Notes under the pieces: model-generated
What the model was told of the DNA's origin: nothing
What the model saw: the letters and a program-made list of their open reading frames with translations, nothing else
The model's database searches: none
Made by a program: the position numbers and the translations under genes
Shown here: one piece after another, positions 21,590-34,376 of the stretch
Layout: every line of letters starts with the position of its first letter
Numbering within the stretch: position 1 is the stretch's first letter
Source of the DNA: Eledone cirrhosa
Taxonomy: Eukaryota
DNA length: 64,000 bases
NCBI GenBank assembly: GCA_964016885.1
Contig: OZ024741.1
Coordinates: forward strand, 204,414,001-204,478,000
Reading direction: 5' to 3'

Positions 21590-23552
21590 GAAAAAGCATC
21601 TGGAATGGTGGTACATACTATGGTCACCCGGATAGTAAACCAAGTAATACAGAATGGGGTCATACCAAAGGACTAGCGTAACAACATCATCATTAACTGC
21701 TACAAGGGCAAAGGAGACGTTTTAGATAGAGGAAACTATAGAGCCATTAAGTTAAATGACCATGTCATAAAGGTCACAGAAATAGTTATTGCACAACTAA
21801 TTAGAGAGTGAATTGATCTAGATGAAATGCAGTTTGGGTTTGTGCCAGGTAAAATTACCACGGATGCTCTTTTCGTTGTACGATAACTACAGGAGAAGTA
21901 CCTAGCTAAACGTAAACCCCTCTACTTAGCTTTTGTTGACTTGGAGAAAGCCTTTGACAGAGCCCCCCCACTCCATTATTTGGTGGGTTCTTAGAAAACC
22001 AGGAGTAGATAAATGGCTTGTGAGAGCTATACAAACCATGTATAGAGAAACAGTCAGCAAGGTTAGAATTAACAACGAATATAGTGAAGAATTTAGCATA
22101 AAAGTCGGTGTTCATCAAGGCTCTATCCTTAGCCCCCTCCTGTTTATTATTGCCCTTCAGGCTATAACAGAGGAGTTTAAGACCGGCTGCCCATGGGAAC
22201 TTCTATATGCAGAAGATATAACTCTCATAGCTGAATCTATGGCTGAACTAGAGAAGAAATTCCAAACATGGTGCATGGCCTAGAATCAAAAGGCCTTAAA
22301 GTTAACTTGTCTAAGACTAAAGTTCTAGTATGTAGGAAGGAAAATAGGGCACAGGTGCCCTCTGGGAAATGGCCATACTCAGTGTGTAAGAAAGGAGTAG
22401 GTAGAAATTCCATTCTATCTCCCAAATGCAAACTATGGGTACATAAAAGATGTAGTGGGATCACAGGCAAGCTATCTAAGAATGTAGATTTTATATGTGG
22501 CTGATGCTCAGGTGTAATAAGTAGCAAGTGCACTCAGGATATTAGCTCCTTCTATTGCCCAGATGGTTCTATAGAAATAGTGGACACTTTCCATTACCTG
22601 GGTGACAAAATCAGTGGAGGGTGTTCTGAAAATAGAGTAGCCAGAGTCAGAACGGGATGGAAAAAGTTCAGAGAGCTTATACCGCTGTTGGCCACAAAAG
22701 GTTTCTCTCTAAAAATGAAAGGCAGATTGTATGATGCCTGTATACAAACAACAATGTTACATGGCAGTGAGACATGGACATTGTGTGCAGAGGACCTGCG
22801 TAAACTGGAAAGGAACAAAGCATACATGCTCCGTTGGATGTGTAATAGTAATATACACGAACGGCAAAACATAAATGAACTAAGTGAGAAATTAGGAATA
22901 AGGTGCTGTTTATTTGAAAAAAGATTACATTGATATGGTCATGTGATGTGCATGAAAGACGACAGCTGTATAAAAAAAGTGCAGGGCGATCAAAATTGAT
23001 GGAAGTTACAGAGTAGGTAGACCCAGAAAAACCTGGAACAACTTGATAAATTCTGACCTTGCACACTTGCACCTCTCTAAGACAATGTCACTGGATCGAG
23101 ATCTTTGGCGCTACGTAGTAATACAGAAGACCCACCTTCCCTACATGCAAAGTTAACCTACTGTCAGTAGGCACCTCGTAACCAAATATACACCCCGACC
23201 CACTACCCCTACCCCATCCTCCCACTCCCACCAACACTACCCTTTCTCTGTAAAGTTATGTTGGTACCACAACATCCAGTCCAAACTAAAGAGGTTGTGT
23301 AGGTGTCACAACAAAAAAGCACCTAGACCACGCTGTAATGTGGTCGTGTAGGAGATACGGTAAAAAGGCTCCCAGTTCACACTGTAAATGTGATTGGTGT
23401 TAGGAAGGGCATCCAGCCATAGAAAAGCCTGCCAGATACAGTCCTATATGGTCGAGACACGGTCACCCTATCAATCTTGCCTCAAATAGTATAATTCCCA
23501 TCTAACCCATGCTAGCATGGAAGATAGACGTTAAACGATGACGATGATGATG
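21590..23552 (+). mobile_element. RTE LINE remnant (RT, PHD finger, C-terminus, long 3'UTR)
   Basis: MQFGFVPG, LAFVDLEKAFD, VGVHQGSILSPLLF, ELLYAED, PHD C/H pattern, MLHGSETW, with multiple stops and frameshifts. Confidence 0.9.
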
Positions 23553-23659
23553 TATCCTGGACTACATTATCCAATATGTTTTATTTTTTAAGGTGATAAA
23601 GTATGATTTTAGTGGACTCTGGCTATTATTTCTTTCAGGTTGTAAGACCACATTGAATT

Positions 23660-23970
23660 GACCTCCATTGACTTTAATGAGTGTTTCAGTTGATCGATCA
23701 ACAGAATAGTCTGTTCTTGAAATTAACGTGTAAGTGGCTGAGCATTCCACAGATGCAAGCACCCATAACATAATTCTTATGGAGATTTGGCATAAGAAAG
23801 CTGGCCCTTTGAATTACAGATAGTCCATCCAGTGGTTTCCAAACAGTTTCCATCTATCCAGTTTCACTCACAAAGCATGGGTTTTACCCAAGGCTATGGA
23901 AACTTTCCTAAGGTGCCATGCAGTGGGATTGAACCCAGAACTTAATGATAGCAAAGCAAATTTCTTAACC
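23660..23970 (-). mobile_element. Degenerate tRNA-derived SINE
   Basis: Minus strand GGTTAAGAAATTTGCTT..GGGTTCAATCCCACTGCATGGCACCTTAGGAAAG (B box plus CORE-like start). A related piece lies at 28260-28420. Confidence 0.55.
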
Positions 23971-24994
23971 TTTTTGATACCAACCTACCAAATATCACCC
24001 CAGATTTATGATATGAGACTGCTCATTTTAAAATGTTTATCTTTGTATTAAATCCTTCCCTCTTAATTTTAAAACATTTTTATTAAGTTATGTTCTAAAT
24101 ACCAACTTACTAATGAAAAAGTCAGTTATTTTCTTAACTTCTAAATATTTGATTATTTTCAAATTAAATTGAAATACGATAACAAAAGGGTTAATCATTT
24201 GGCCCTGCTGCATCCACACAATCACATACAATCTCTGTAACTGGTTTGGTGGTACCTTATTTTTCTGAGGTATTATATGATGTATTAAATCATAAAAGCA
24301 GATAGCAGACACTGCCTTTAAGTGGGATAGTTTTTGTAGTGTGTTGGTGGATGAAGGATTACTTATTAGTTGGAATATCTTTTATGTGTGAGCATGTAGC
24401 AGCTGTCATATTTAAGAGATGTAAGCAATAATCTAGTGCGAGATGTAATTATTGTCATGTAGAATATCTAACTGTTCAGAGTAGAATTATTTTCTGGTTA
24501 TATAGAGGAAGTACAGTCTTTATGATGTAGTATTGCAATGTTATAGATGTGGTGGTAGTTTTCATGAACAGACCTGTGCAAAGATGGTGTCACAAAATCT
24601 TATCTTTAATTCTTTTAGCCTTTTTTATTAATACAAATTTCATAAACATTTCCAAACAAGTTGTCACACAGATATTACTGCCTAAATCAAAGCTGATATC
24701 TGAAGAGATCCAGTATCAGAATGACCATAACTAAGAAATGATATCATGGCACATGATCAATAGGTTTTTACACCTCAGAAAACTTGATAGCTTCAGGTTA
24801 AGTTTGTGCCATAAAAATCTTGTTAGGAACAATTTCATTGGCTGAAATGGACTTGTATATTTTAGCCTACTACAGTCATGACATGTGACATAGTTGATTT
24901 ATGTGTTAAGAAGAAGTCAAATAAAAGTGTTACTATGTTAGAAATGGAGCGGAGGTGGGGGTGGGGGTGGAATCATACTAGAAATATGTTATGA

Positions 24995-26866
24995 GTTCAA
25001 ATTTCAAATTTGTCAGGATGTTGTTGGAGATAAATGTGTCCGGAATGATGCTGGTATACTTAGTGTCACTAATGATCAGAAAAAGGAGGCCTGGAAATGT
25101 CATTATGAGAGACTGATGAATGTGGAGAACGAATGGGAGAGAGAGAAACTACCCCCAGTAGACCTGACAGAGGGACCAGCTATTGAGATTGATGAATATA
25201 GCGTCCAAGAGGCAATTAAGGAAATAAAAAATGGTAAGGCCGCTGGACCATCGGGGATAGTTACTGAGATGCTGAAGGCATCAGGGGACGTAGGTACTAA
25301 ACTGGTTGCACGCATCGTCAATCAAGCTATATATGGCGGAGTCATACCTAAAAACTGGTGCAGCAGTATTCTCATAAATTGCTACAAAAGTAAAGGGGTT
25401 GCTCTGGAGAGGAGCAATTATAGAGGCATAAAACTGATGGATCAGGTTATGAAAGTGGCAGAAAGAATATTAGCGCAACTAATTAGAGAAAGGGTCAAAC
25501 TAGATGAGATGCAGTTTGGTTTTGTGCTTGGGAAAAGTACAACAGATGCCCTCTTCTTAGTGAGACAACTACAAGAGAGGTTCTTAGAGAAGAATAAGCC
25601 ACTATACTTAGCTTTTGTTGACCTAGAGAAGGCCTTAGATAGTGTACCCCGATCTGTCATCTGGTGGTCCCTAAGGAAACTAGATGTAGAGGAATGGCTT
25701 GTGAGGACAGTGCAAGCTTTGTACAGAGGTGCTGTCAGTAAAGTGAGGGTAGGAATGAAGTTCAGTGAGGAATTACAGATACAAGTCAGGGTTTCGGTCC
25801 TTAGCCCGCTCTTGTTCATTATAGTCCTCCAAGCCAATAACAGAGGAGTTTAAGACTGGCTGCCCATGGGAACTTCTCTATGCTGACAATCTGGTTCTTA
25901 TAGCAGAATCAGTAGAGAAGTTAGAGAATAAATTCTGGCTATGGAAACAGCAGTTGGAATCAAGAGGACTGAGAGTGAACCTAGCTAAGACAAAAGTGTT
26001 GAAAAGAGGACAAAACTCTGATTCCGTCAGGGAAATGGCCATGTTCGATATGCAGAAAAGGAACTGGTATAAATTCTATAAAATGTACACAATGCAGATC
26101 TTGGGTACACAAGAGATGTAGTGGGATAGCAGGCAAACTAACAGGTAGGGAAAACTACATATGCAGTAGATGTACAGGGAAATTTGACAGTAGAAGTCAC
26201 AGTGATAGACACATTTTTCAAATGCAGGTAGGTTCTATAGAAGTGGTTGATAGCTTCCGGTACCTAGGCAATCAGATTAGCATGGGAGGGGGGTGTTCCG
26301 AGGCCATAGTATCTAGAATAAGGACGGGTTGGAAGAAGTTTAGGGAGCTGCTTCCTCTGCTGACAAAGAAGGGTTTCTCCCTGCGTATGAAAGGCCAGTT
26401 ATATGATGACTGTGTGAGATGCGCGATGCTGCATGGGAGTGAGACATGGGCAGCAACTGCAGAGGATATGTGACAGCTAGAGAGAAATGAAGCAAGCATG
26501 CTCCGTTGGATGTGTAATGTCAATGTACATGAATGACCAATCATAGGTAAGTTGAGAGAGAAACTGTGTATAAGAGGAATAAATTGTAGTGTGTGGGAGA
26601 GAAGACTGCGATGGTATGGACATGTGATGCGCATGGAGGATGACCGCTGGGTAAAGGAATGCCAGTAGAAGGAAGACACAATAGAGGAAGACCATGAAAA
26701 ATATGGGCAGAGGTGGTGAGAGCTGACCTCAGATCGCTGAAGCTCATGGAGGAAATGACGAAGGACCATGACAAGTGGAGAGATGCTGTGCTGAATAGGA
26801 CCCATCCCATCCTTGCAAGCAGGGAAAAGCAGACATAAAATGATGATGATGATGATGATGATGATG
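24995..26866 (+). mobile_element. RTE LINE remnant (linker, RT, PHD finger, 3' end)
   Basis: 245-aa ORF 25116-25853 with GKAAGPSG, SNYRGIKLM, MQFGF and AFVDLEKALD; YADNL; C4HC3 finger; FRYLG; (GAT)n tail. Confidence 0.92.
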
Positions 26867-26940
26867 TGACAGAAGTTACAGATGAAGCTTGATTATAGAG
26901 ATGAAGCCTGAATACAGACATGAAGCTTGAGTACAGAAGA

Positions 26941-27743
26941 TTAACCCTTTCTAATGAAATATACTTTATTTCAATTACTTAACCCTTTAGCATTCACATT
27001 ACTCTATATATACTATTATATTTTCATGATAAAAGCTTTACCTTACATAATTATTTCACATAATATCAAATCAATGAGATTTTGAAAGTATTTATTTTGA
27101 GAACAATACCTTAACATCACTATGAGTGGCCAATTACAGCCAGTTTCAACAGAAAAAGGTAGAGAATTCTGGCCGATTTTGGCCGGTTTAAACATTAAAG
27201 GGTTAATGAAGAATTTTGAGGGATTTACTAAAATTATTAATTATCATCATCATCGTTTAACATCCATCTTCCACGCTTGCATGGGTTTGGACGGGAATTT
27301 TCCCACTTGAGGCAAGATTGGTTGTCTTGCTCGTATAGGACTGTCTGGCGGGTTTTCTACGGCTGGATGCCCTTCCTAACACCAACCACATTTACAGTGT
27401 GGACTGGGAGGTTTTTACCGTGTTACCTACACGGCCACATTACAGCGTGTACTGTGTGTTTTTTTTTGTCGTGACACCTAAACGACCTCATTTATTTCGG
27501 ACTGGATGTTGTGGTACCAACATATCTTTACATCGAAAGGGGTGGTGTGGATGGGGTGGGGTAGTGGGACGGGGGTGTATTTTTGTTAAGAGGTGCCTAC
27601 TCATTACTAAAATATTAACTTAACATGTAGTTCTTATATAAAATTCTGTTGGAAGATTTAAATTTAAAAATGAACCCTTTAAATGGGTGGTTTTGTTTCA
27701 TAAAACCAGAGATGGTTTTGGTCAGGATGGTATCATAGGATTA
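26941..27743. mobile_element. Nested elements: MITE family A carrying MITE family B (26979-27206) and an antisense RTE 3'UTR (27243-27600)
   Basis: TTAA boundaries on both MITEs. The RTE 3'UTR is flanked by ACTAAAATTATTAA / ACTAAAATATTAA. Confidence 0.65.
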
Positions 27744-27957
27744 AGATGGAGTAAAAGGTGGTATTAACTGAATAGGAGCATGTGTGTTTAAAATTAATAA
27801 GGAACAGTTGATTAATGTACAGAAGAGTTAACAAGGTATAACTGGATGGTGAAACACACCAGAGTTGACAGATTAGTAATTAAATTTGATGAAAAGTATC
27901 AGATTGCCATTGTTGTAATCTAGACCAGTTCTGATAGAACTCACTTATGATCAAAGG

Positions 27958-28245
27958 CAGTTATGGGCAACCTGCGGGTTACAAAGCTTTCTGAATGGCT
28001 CGTCTAAGTCACCTAAGTGAAATCTTTCTGATTTTTTTACCCCAACTTTTCAGTCGTAATTTTTCTTTCTATCAATTTTACAATCGAGGAAAACGTGTAC
28101 AAATTCTGAAGAAACAAATCAAAACAACCTGAGTTACCGTCCTTTTTTTTAATGCGGTCACAAATGTAAATTAGCGCTTGCGGCCTGCCTGATGATGAGC
28201 CATATCTCATTCGCCCCGCTTCTCAAAAAAGGTTGCCCATGCCTG
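27958..28245. mobile_element. hAT-like MITE
   Basis: TIRs CAGTTATGGGCAACCT ... AGGTTGCCCATGCCTG. No clear 8-bp TSD. Confidence 0.6.
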
Positions 28246-28418
28246 CCAGCTACGACAGATGTGTACTGTTAACATAGTTCTCAAAGAGATTCAACATGAC
28301 ATAGTGTATGACAAGTCTGGCCCTTTGAATTAGATACAACTCATTTTTGTCAGCTGAGTTGGCTGGAGCACTGTGAAATAAAGTGTCAAACTCATGATCT
28401 TATGATTGTGAGCCAAAT

Positions 28419-28741
28419 AGCTACATTCATTTTGAGCGAAGTTAATTTTTAGCGAAGTTATTACGAGCAAATGGTAATTTCAGCGAAGATTAATTTTACA
28501 TTACTTCTTTCTAGAATTAATTTTTTCAATTTTAATCATTTAGTTCTTTCGAACCATAAAATGCGTCGTTTTTAATCATTTTTTTTATTTACCTGTTGTG
28601 AAGGTAAATAAAAGGTATTTGTACAAAATAAAATTGTAGATTTCTAGTATATTTTATTTTTATCAAGCGTCTTTAAGAAAACAGTTTGAGGCATCACTCA
28701 AAATGCACATAATTTTAACTTCGTTCAAATGACTGGACACG
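28419..28741. mobile_element. MITE with 8-9-bp TSD (Mutator- or hAT-like) inserted in a SINE
   Basis: Imperfect TIR CATTTTGAGCGAAGTTAA / TTAACTTCGTTCAAATG. GAGCCAAA duplicated at 28410-28417 and 28742-28749. Confidence 0.55.
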
Positions 28742-29249
28742 GAGCCAAACACCCTCATTTGATTGAGCTCACTCCCATGTATTACTGGTTCTTATTTTAT
28801 ATTTCATCCGTTTTAAAGAGGCAAAAAATAAACATAAATTACAGTAGGATTTCAAGTCAAAAGAATAAAGCAAGGAAATGACCACATAAAAAACATCCAG
28901 TCTGATAGTTTACTATTTATCAAATTAACTATTGGTGGGTCACATGGAACATTTCTAGAACACTGCTTCTAGGGGACCCTGCAAGCTGCATGCTGTAAAG
29001 TCTAGCTTCAGAGACACTAATATGTCTGATGCTTATACATACTGCATATATGTACTTGTTTCTGTGTTAATGTTGCATCAGTGTTTTGGTTTGTCATTAA
29101 AAGAGGGTGTGGTATTTAGTATATCTGCATAAAATTGGTGCACATTTACATGGGGGGGGGGGGGGGGGGTTAGTAAAATAATTGTTGCCAAATTAACTAT
29201 CTTTCTTTTAGTGTGTTAGAAAATACTACTGGGTGGATTGTGATGTTTA

Positions 29250-30191
29250 AAATTAGAATGAAAGTAGTTTTGGTAGCGGTGATGGTGGAGCGATTTGTAT
29301 GAGTTTCTACCATTGGTTTTAAAGGTGATGTCTGCGTGATAGTTGGTTGCGGTGGCAAGAAAGGCAGGTAGAGTGACTGACAGTTTGCAATAGAATAAAT
29401 AAATAGATAGTTAAACAAAAGCAGAATAGTTGCTTTGAGGTACCGGCTTGGTGGCGATGATTCTTTACTTAAGACAAGTAAATGATAAAGGATCTTAAAA
29501 ATTTGCCGGGCAACATTTGACAGGGCAGCTCTCCGAGACAAATGAGGGATTCTAATTGGCAAAGCCGATAATGCCTTATCGCTTTTAATCCGGGACATTC
29601 GCAGTGGCAAAAAAAAAAAAAAAAAAAAAAAAAGTGAAAAAAACTTCGAAAGATAAAAACGAAAAATGTGAATTGTTTGATAGATGATGATAATATAGAT
29701 GACAATAATTTTATTATATATATTTTTTATAAAATAAGCACGATTTCTAAGGAGTATCAAGTGTCTCTCACAGAGAATAATTATCTTTGGATGGAAAAGC
29801 AGCAGCGTCTACGCCATCAGATCTTCTAGATTGGCAACTGATTATAATTAGTAGTAGTAGTGGTGTAATTAATTACTTATTTATCACCGTTTACATGTTT
29901 TTGTACTATCGCGTATTTTGTCTTATTCGGATATAAGCTTGAGTTTGACCGCATTATGTAGTTATATACTTACGTCTTATCGGAGTAGGAGAGGGAGAAA
30001 TAAAACAGAGAGAGAAAGAGAGAGAGGAAGAGAAAACCAACGAGAGCGCATACACACATATATATGTGTATATGCATGTGTTAATATATAATATATTTAT
30101 AAAAAGTGAAGTCCTGAGAGGAGGGACGGACACATCGGCTGAGTAGAGTGTTAAGCAGAAGTGTGGAGGTAAAGAAAACCAGCCAGCAACC
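29250..30191. promoter_or_regulatory. VPS13 promoter / 5'UTR region, possibly bidirectional
   Basis: No recognisable TE, CpG-retaining, directly upstream of the ATG. Contains GATTGG (CCAAT), GA-rich tracts and a minus-strand GTAAGT donor at 29973-29968. Confidence 0.55.
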
Positions 30192-30291
30192 ATGGTGTTC
30201 GAATCGTTTGTTGTTGAGTTGATGAACAAATTTCTCGGCGATTATGTCGAAAATCTGGATAGATCACAGTTACAACTTGGAATATGGGGCG
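30192..30291 (+). CDS. VPS13: VPS13A/C-type intermembrane lipid transfer protein (chorein-N domain), first coding exon
   Basis: Kozak-like CAACCATGG; translates [33 protein letters not shown](G), matching the chorein N-terminus of VPS13A/C. 100-nt exon followed by GTAAGT (phase 1). Confidence 0.93.
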
Positions 30292-30839
30292 GTAAGTGAA
30301 GATCTACCCTGCTTCTCTTAATTTAACCCTTTGCAGCTTTTATGTATACACACACACGCGCGCATACACATTATATATAAACATATTTCAGGCTGTAGTT
30401 AATATACATATCGTCTGTTTAATCTAATTATCTATACATATAATAACCGTTTAAAAAAAATAAACATATTTTACACTATTGCAGCCATACCAGTATCTTT
30501 CATACCGCAGCTCAATATTTTAAGTAATCATTTTCATTTTCGTATCTCAAGAGTATTTATCTCTGTTATTGCTTCGAAAAATCTTATTATTATCGAGAAT
30601 TGATGAATGATTGTATAAATATTTTATTTGTAAAAATATAAATGTACGTATGTACGACATATTAACTTATATGTGAGTTTATGATAATAATGTTTTGTTT
30701 CGTCTGCTCAAAAATAAAATCTAAATAAATTCAATATTCATAGAAAAAAAAATGAAAGCTATTAAAATCCTGTTTATTTTTCTAAGAAAGCTTCTCTCTC
30801 TTTTCCATCTACTTGACATATGATTCGCCTTCACTACTT

Positions 30840-30893
<54 letters not shown>

Positions 30894-30976
30894 CTAAAGT
30901 AACGTTGCTGAATAATCAACAAACCAAATAACTCATTGTTTATATTATAAACCAGCCGAAATACGATTCTCGCTGA

Positions 30977-31019
<43 letters not shown>

Positions 31020-31056
31020 GTAAGAATATTTTCGAAACAGCGAGTTGGTTTGAAAT

Positions 31057-31376
31057 TATTAGAAATGTAAGTTATCGCCGTATTTTGACTAAAGAAATTA
31101 TTTAGCCTGATAGTGGGGTTAAGAACCCTCGGAGAAATGGAAAAAGATGAGTATTGACGTACATGGGAGTCGAACCCACATCTTTGGTTATCCGGACCAC
31201 TGTGCTAGCATTTTGGTGTAAATCGTAGCACAGTGGTCCAGATAACCAAAGATGTGGGTTCGACTCCCATGTACGTCAATACTCATCTTTTTCCATTTCT
31301 CCGAGGGTTCTTAACCCCACTATCAGGCTAAATAATTTCTTTAGTCAAAATACGGCGATAACTTACATTTCTAATA
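31057..31376. repeat. Near-perfect palindrome (151-bp arms, 18-nt loop) containing a tRNA-like Pol III unit
   Basis: 31057-31207 is the reverse complement of 31226-31376 with 1 mismatch. TGGTGTAAATCGTAGCAC (A-box-like) and GGTTCGACTCC (B box). Flanked by microsatellites. Confidence 0.92.
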
Positions 31377-31379
31377 TAT

Positions 31380-31962
31380 TTATGTGTGTGTGTGTGTGTG
31401 TGTGCGTATATATTATATATGTGTGTGTGTGTGCGTATTATATATATGTATGTATATATATATGTGTGTGCGTATATATGTGTGTGTGCGTATATATTAT
31501 GTATGTATATGTGTGTGTGCGTATATATTATATATACATATGTGTATATATATATATATGTGTGTGCGTGCGTATATATTATATATAATGTATGTGTATA
31601 TATATATATATATATGGGTGTGTGTGTGTGTATATAGTATATATAATGTATGTGTATATATATATATATATGGGTGTGTGTGTATATAGTATATATAATG
31701 TATGTGTATATATATATATGGGTGTGTGTGTGCGTATATAGTATATATAATGTATGTGTATATATATATATGTATATATATATATATGGGTGTGTGTGTG
31801 CGTATATAGTATATATAATGTATGTGTATATATATATATGTATATATATATATATGGGTGTGTGTGTGCGTATATAGTATATATAATGTATGTGTATATA
31901 TATATATATGTATATATATATATGGGTGTGTGTGTGCGTATATAGTATATATAATGTATGTG

Positions 31963-31993
<31 letters not shown>

Positions 31994-32228
31994 GGGTGTG
32001 TGTGTGCGTATATAGTATATATAATGTATGTGTATATATATATATATGTATATATATATATGGGTGTGTGTGTGCGTATATAGTATATATAATGTATGTG
32101 TATATATATATATATGTATATATATATATGGGTGTGTGTGTGCGTATATAGTATATATAATGTATGTGTATATATATATATATATATATGGGTGTGTGTG
32201 TGCGTATATAGTATATATAATGTATGTG

Positions 32229-32281
<53 letters not shown>

Positions 32282-32993
32282 ATATAGTATATATAATATA
32301 TGTATATATATATATATGTGTGTATATAGTATATATAATATATATGTGTGTATATAGTATATATAATATATGTGTGTATATAGTATATATAATATATGTG
32401 TGTATATAGTATATATAATATGTGTGTATATAGTATATATAATATGTGTGTATATAGCATATATAATATATGTGTGTATATAGCATATATATATGTGTGT
32501 ATATAGCATATATATATGTGTGTATATAGCATATATATATGTGTGTATATAGCATATATAATGTATGTGTGTATATAGTATATATAATATATGTGTGTAT
32601 ATAGTATATATAATATATGTGTGTATATAGTATATATAATATATGTGTGTATATAGTATATATAATATATGTGTGTATATATAATATATGTATATATATA
32701 GTATATATAATATATGTATATATATAGTATATATAATATATGTATATATATAGTATATATAATATATGTATATATATAGTATATATAATATATGTATATA
32801 TATAGTATATATAATATATGTATATATATAGTATATATAATATATGTATATATATAGTATATATAATATATGTATATATATAGTATATATAATATATGTG
32901 TATATATAATATATGTATATATATATAGTATATATAATATATGTATATATATATAGTATATATAATATATGTATATATATATAGTATATATAA

Positions 32994-33038
<45 letters not shown>

Positions 33039-33507
33039 ATATAGTATATATAATATATGTGTATATATATATATATATGTGTGTGTATATATAATATATG
33101 TGTATATATATATATGTGTGTGTATATATAATATATGTGTATATATATATATGTGTGTGTATATAGTATATATAATATATGTGTATATATATATGTGTGT
33201 GTATATAGTATATATAATATATGTGTATATATATATATATGTGTGTGTATATAGTATATATAATATGTGTATATATATATATATATATGTGTGTATATAG
33301 TATATATATATATGTGTGTATATAGTATATATATATATATGTGTGTATATAGTATATATATATATGTGTGTATATAGTATATATATATATGTGTGTATAT
33401 AGTATATATATATATGTGTGTATATAGTATATATATATATGTGTGTATATAGTATATATATATGTGTATATAGTATATATATATGTGTGTGTATATAGTA
33501 TATATAA

Positions 33508-33544
<37 letters not shown>

Positions 33545-33712
33545 ATATAGTATATATATATATATGTGTGTATATAGTATATATAATGTATATATATATA
33601 TATATGTGTGTGTGCGTATATATTATATATAATGTATATATATATATGTGTGTGCGTATATATTATATATAATGTATATATATATATGTGTGTGTGCGTA
33701 TATATTATATAT
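31380..33712. repeat. Compound TA/TG microsatellite with higher-order ~50-70-bp and ~24-28-bp units
   Basis: Repeating GGGTGTGTGTGTGCGTATATAGTATATATAATGTATGTG(TA)n blocks, then GTGTGTATATAGTATATATAATATAT blocks. Confidence 0.95.
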
Positions 33713-33904
33713 AATTGTTTCTACTTTTTGGCACAAGGCCAGCAATTAACCCAGTGTATTACTGGTACTTTATTTTATCGACCCCGAAAGGATGAAAGGC
33801 AAAGTTAACCTCGGCGGGATTTGAACTCAGAATGGCAAGGACCGTAACTCTATGCGTCAAAGCATGGCGTCCGACCCTCTACCGATACTGCCAATCCTCT
33901 GCCC
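33713..33904 (-). mobile_element. Full-length SINE family A inside a microsatellite
   Basis: Same consensus as 5903-6093, with TTATATATAAT on both sides. Confidence 0.85.
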
Positions 33905-34210
<306 letters not shown>

Positions 34211-34336
34211 ATCACCGTTTAACGTCATTTTTTTCTTTGCTAGCATGGGTTAAACGAGTTGCCAGTTTTGATAAAAGCCAGGTCATTTGACCAATGGTTT
34301 TAAACTTTCGGTTTATTATCAAAATTGCGTCACCTC

Positions 34337-34376
<40 letters not shown>

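Noticed and set aside
25442-26921. Antisense ORFs over RTE remnants (also 35476-36165, 15855-16118, 22594-22872)
   Set aside because: They are shadow frames of LINE coding sequence.
29152-29168. Poly-G tracts as functional G-quadruplexes (also near 35126, 35488 and 45902)
   Set aside because: Mostly homopolymer expansions inside TEs with unreliable lengths, and no supporting context.
29197-29760. 187-aa minus-strand ORF near the VPS13 promoter
   Set aside because: It runs through a poly-T tract and low-complexity AT sequence, with no recognisable domain.
31108-31138. CTGATAG-hairpin-GAAA in the palindrome arm as a hammerhead
   Set aside because: The core deviates from CUGANGA, and stems I and III are absent.
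31214-31280. tRNA gene
   Set aside because: The 5' acceptor strand is missing, the anticodon arm is irregular and it lies inside a palindromic repeat. Treated as tRNA-derived only.
31590-32250. CRISPR-like repeat-spacer array
   Set aside because: The units are microsatellite-derived with no unique spacers, the context is eukaryotic and there are no cas genes.
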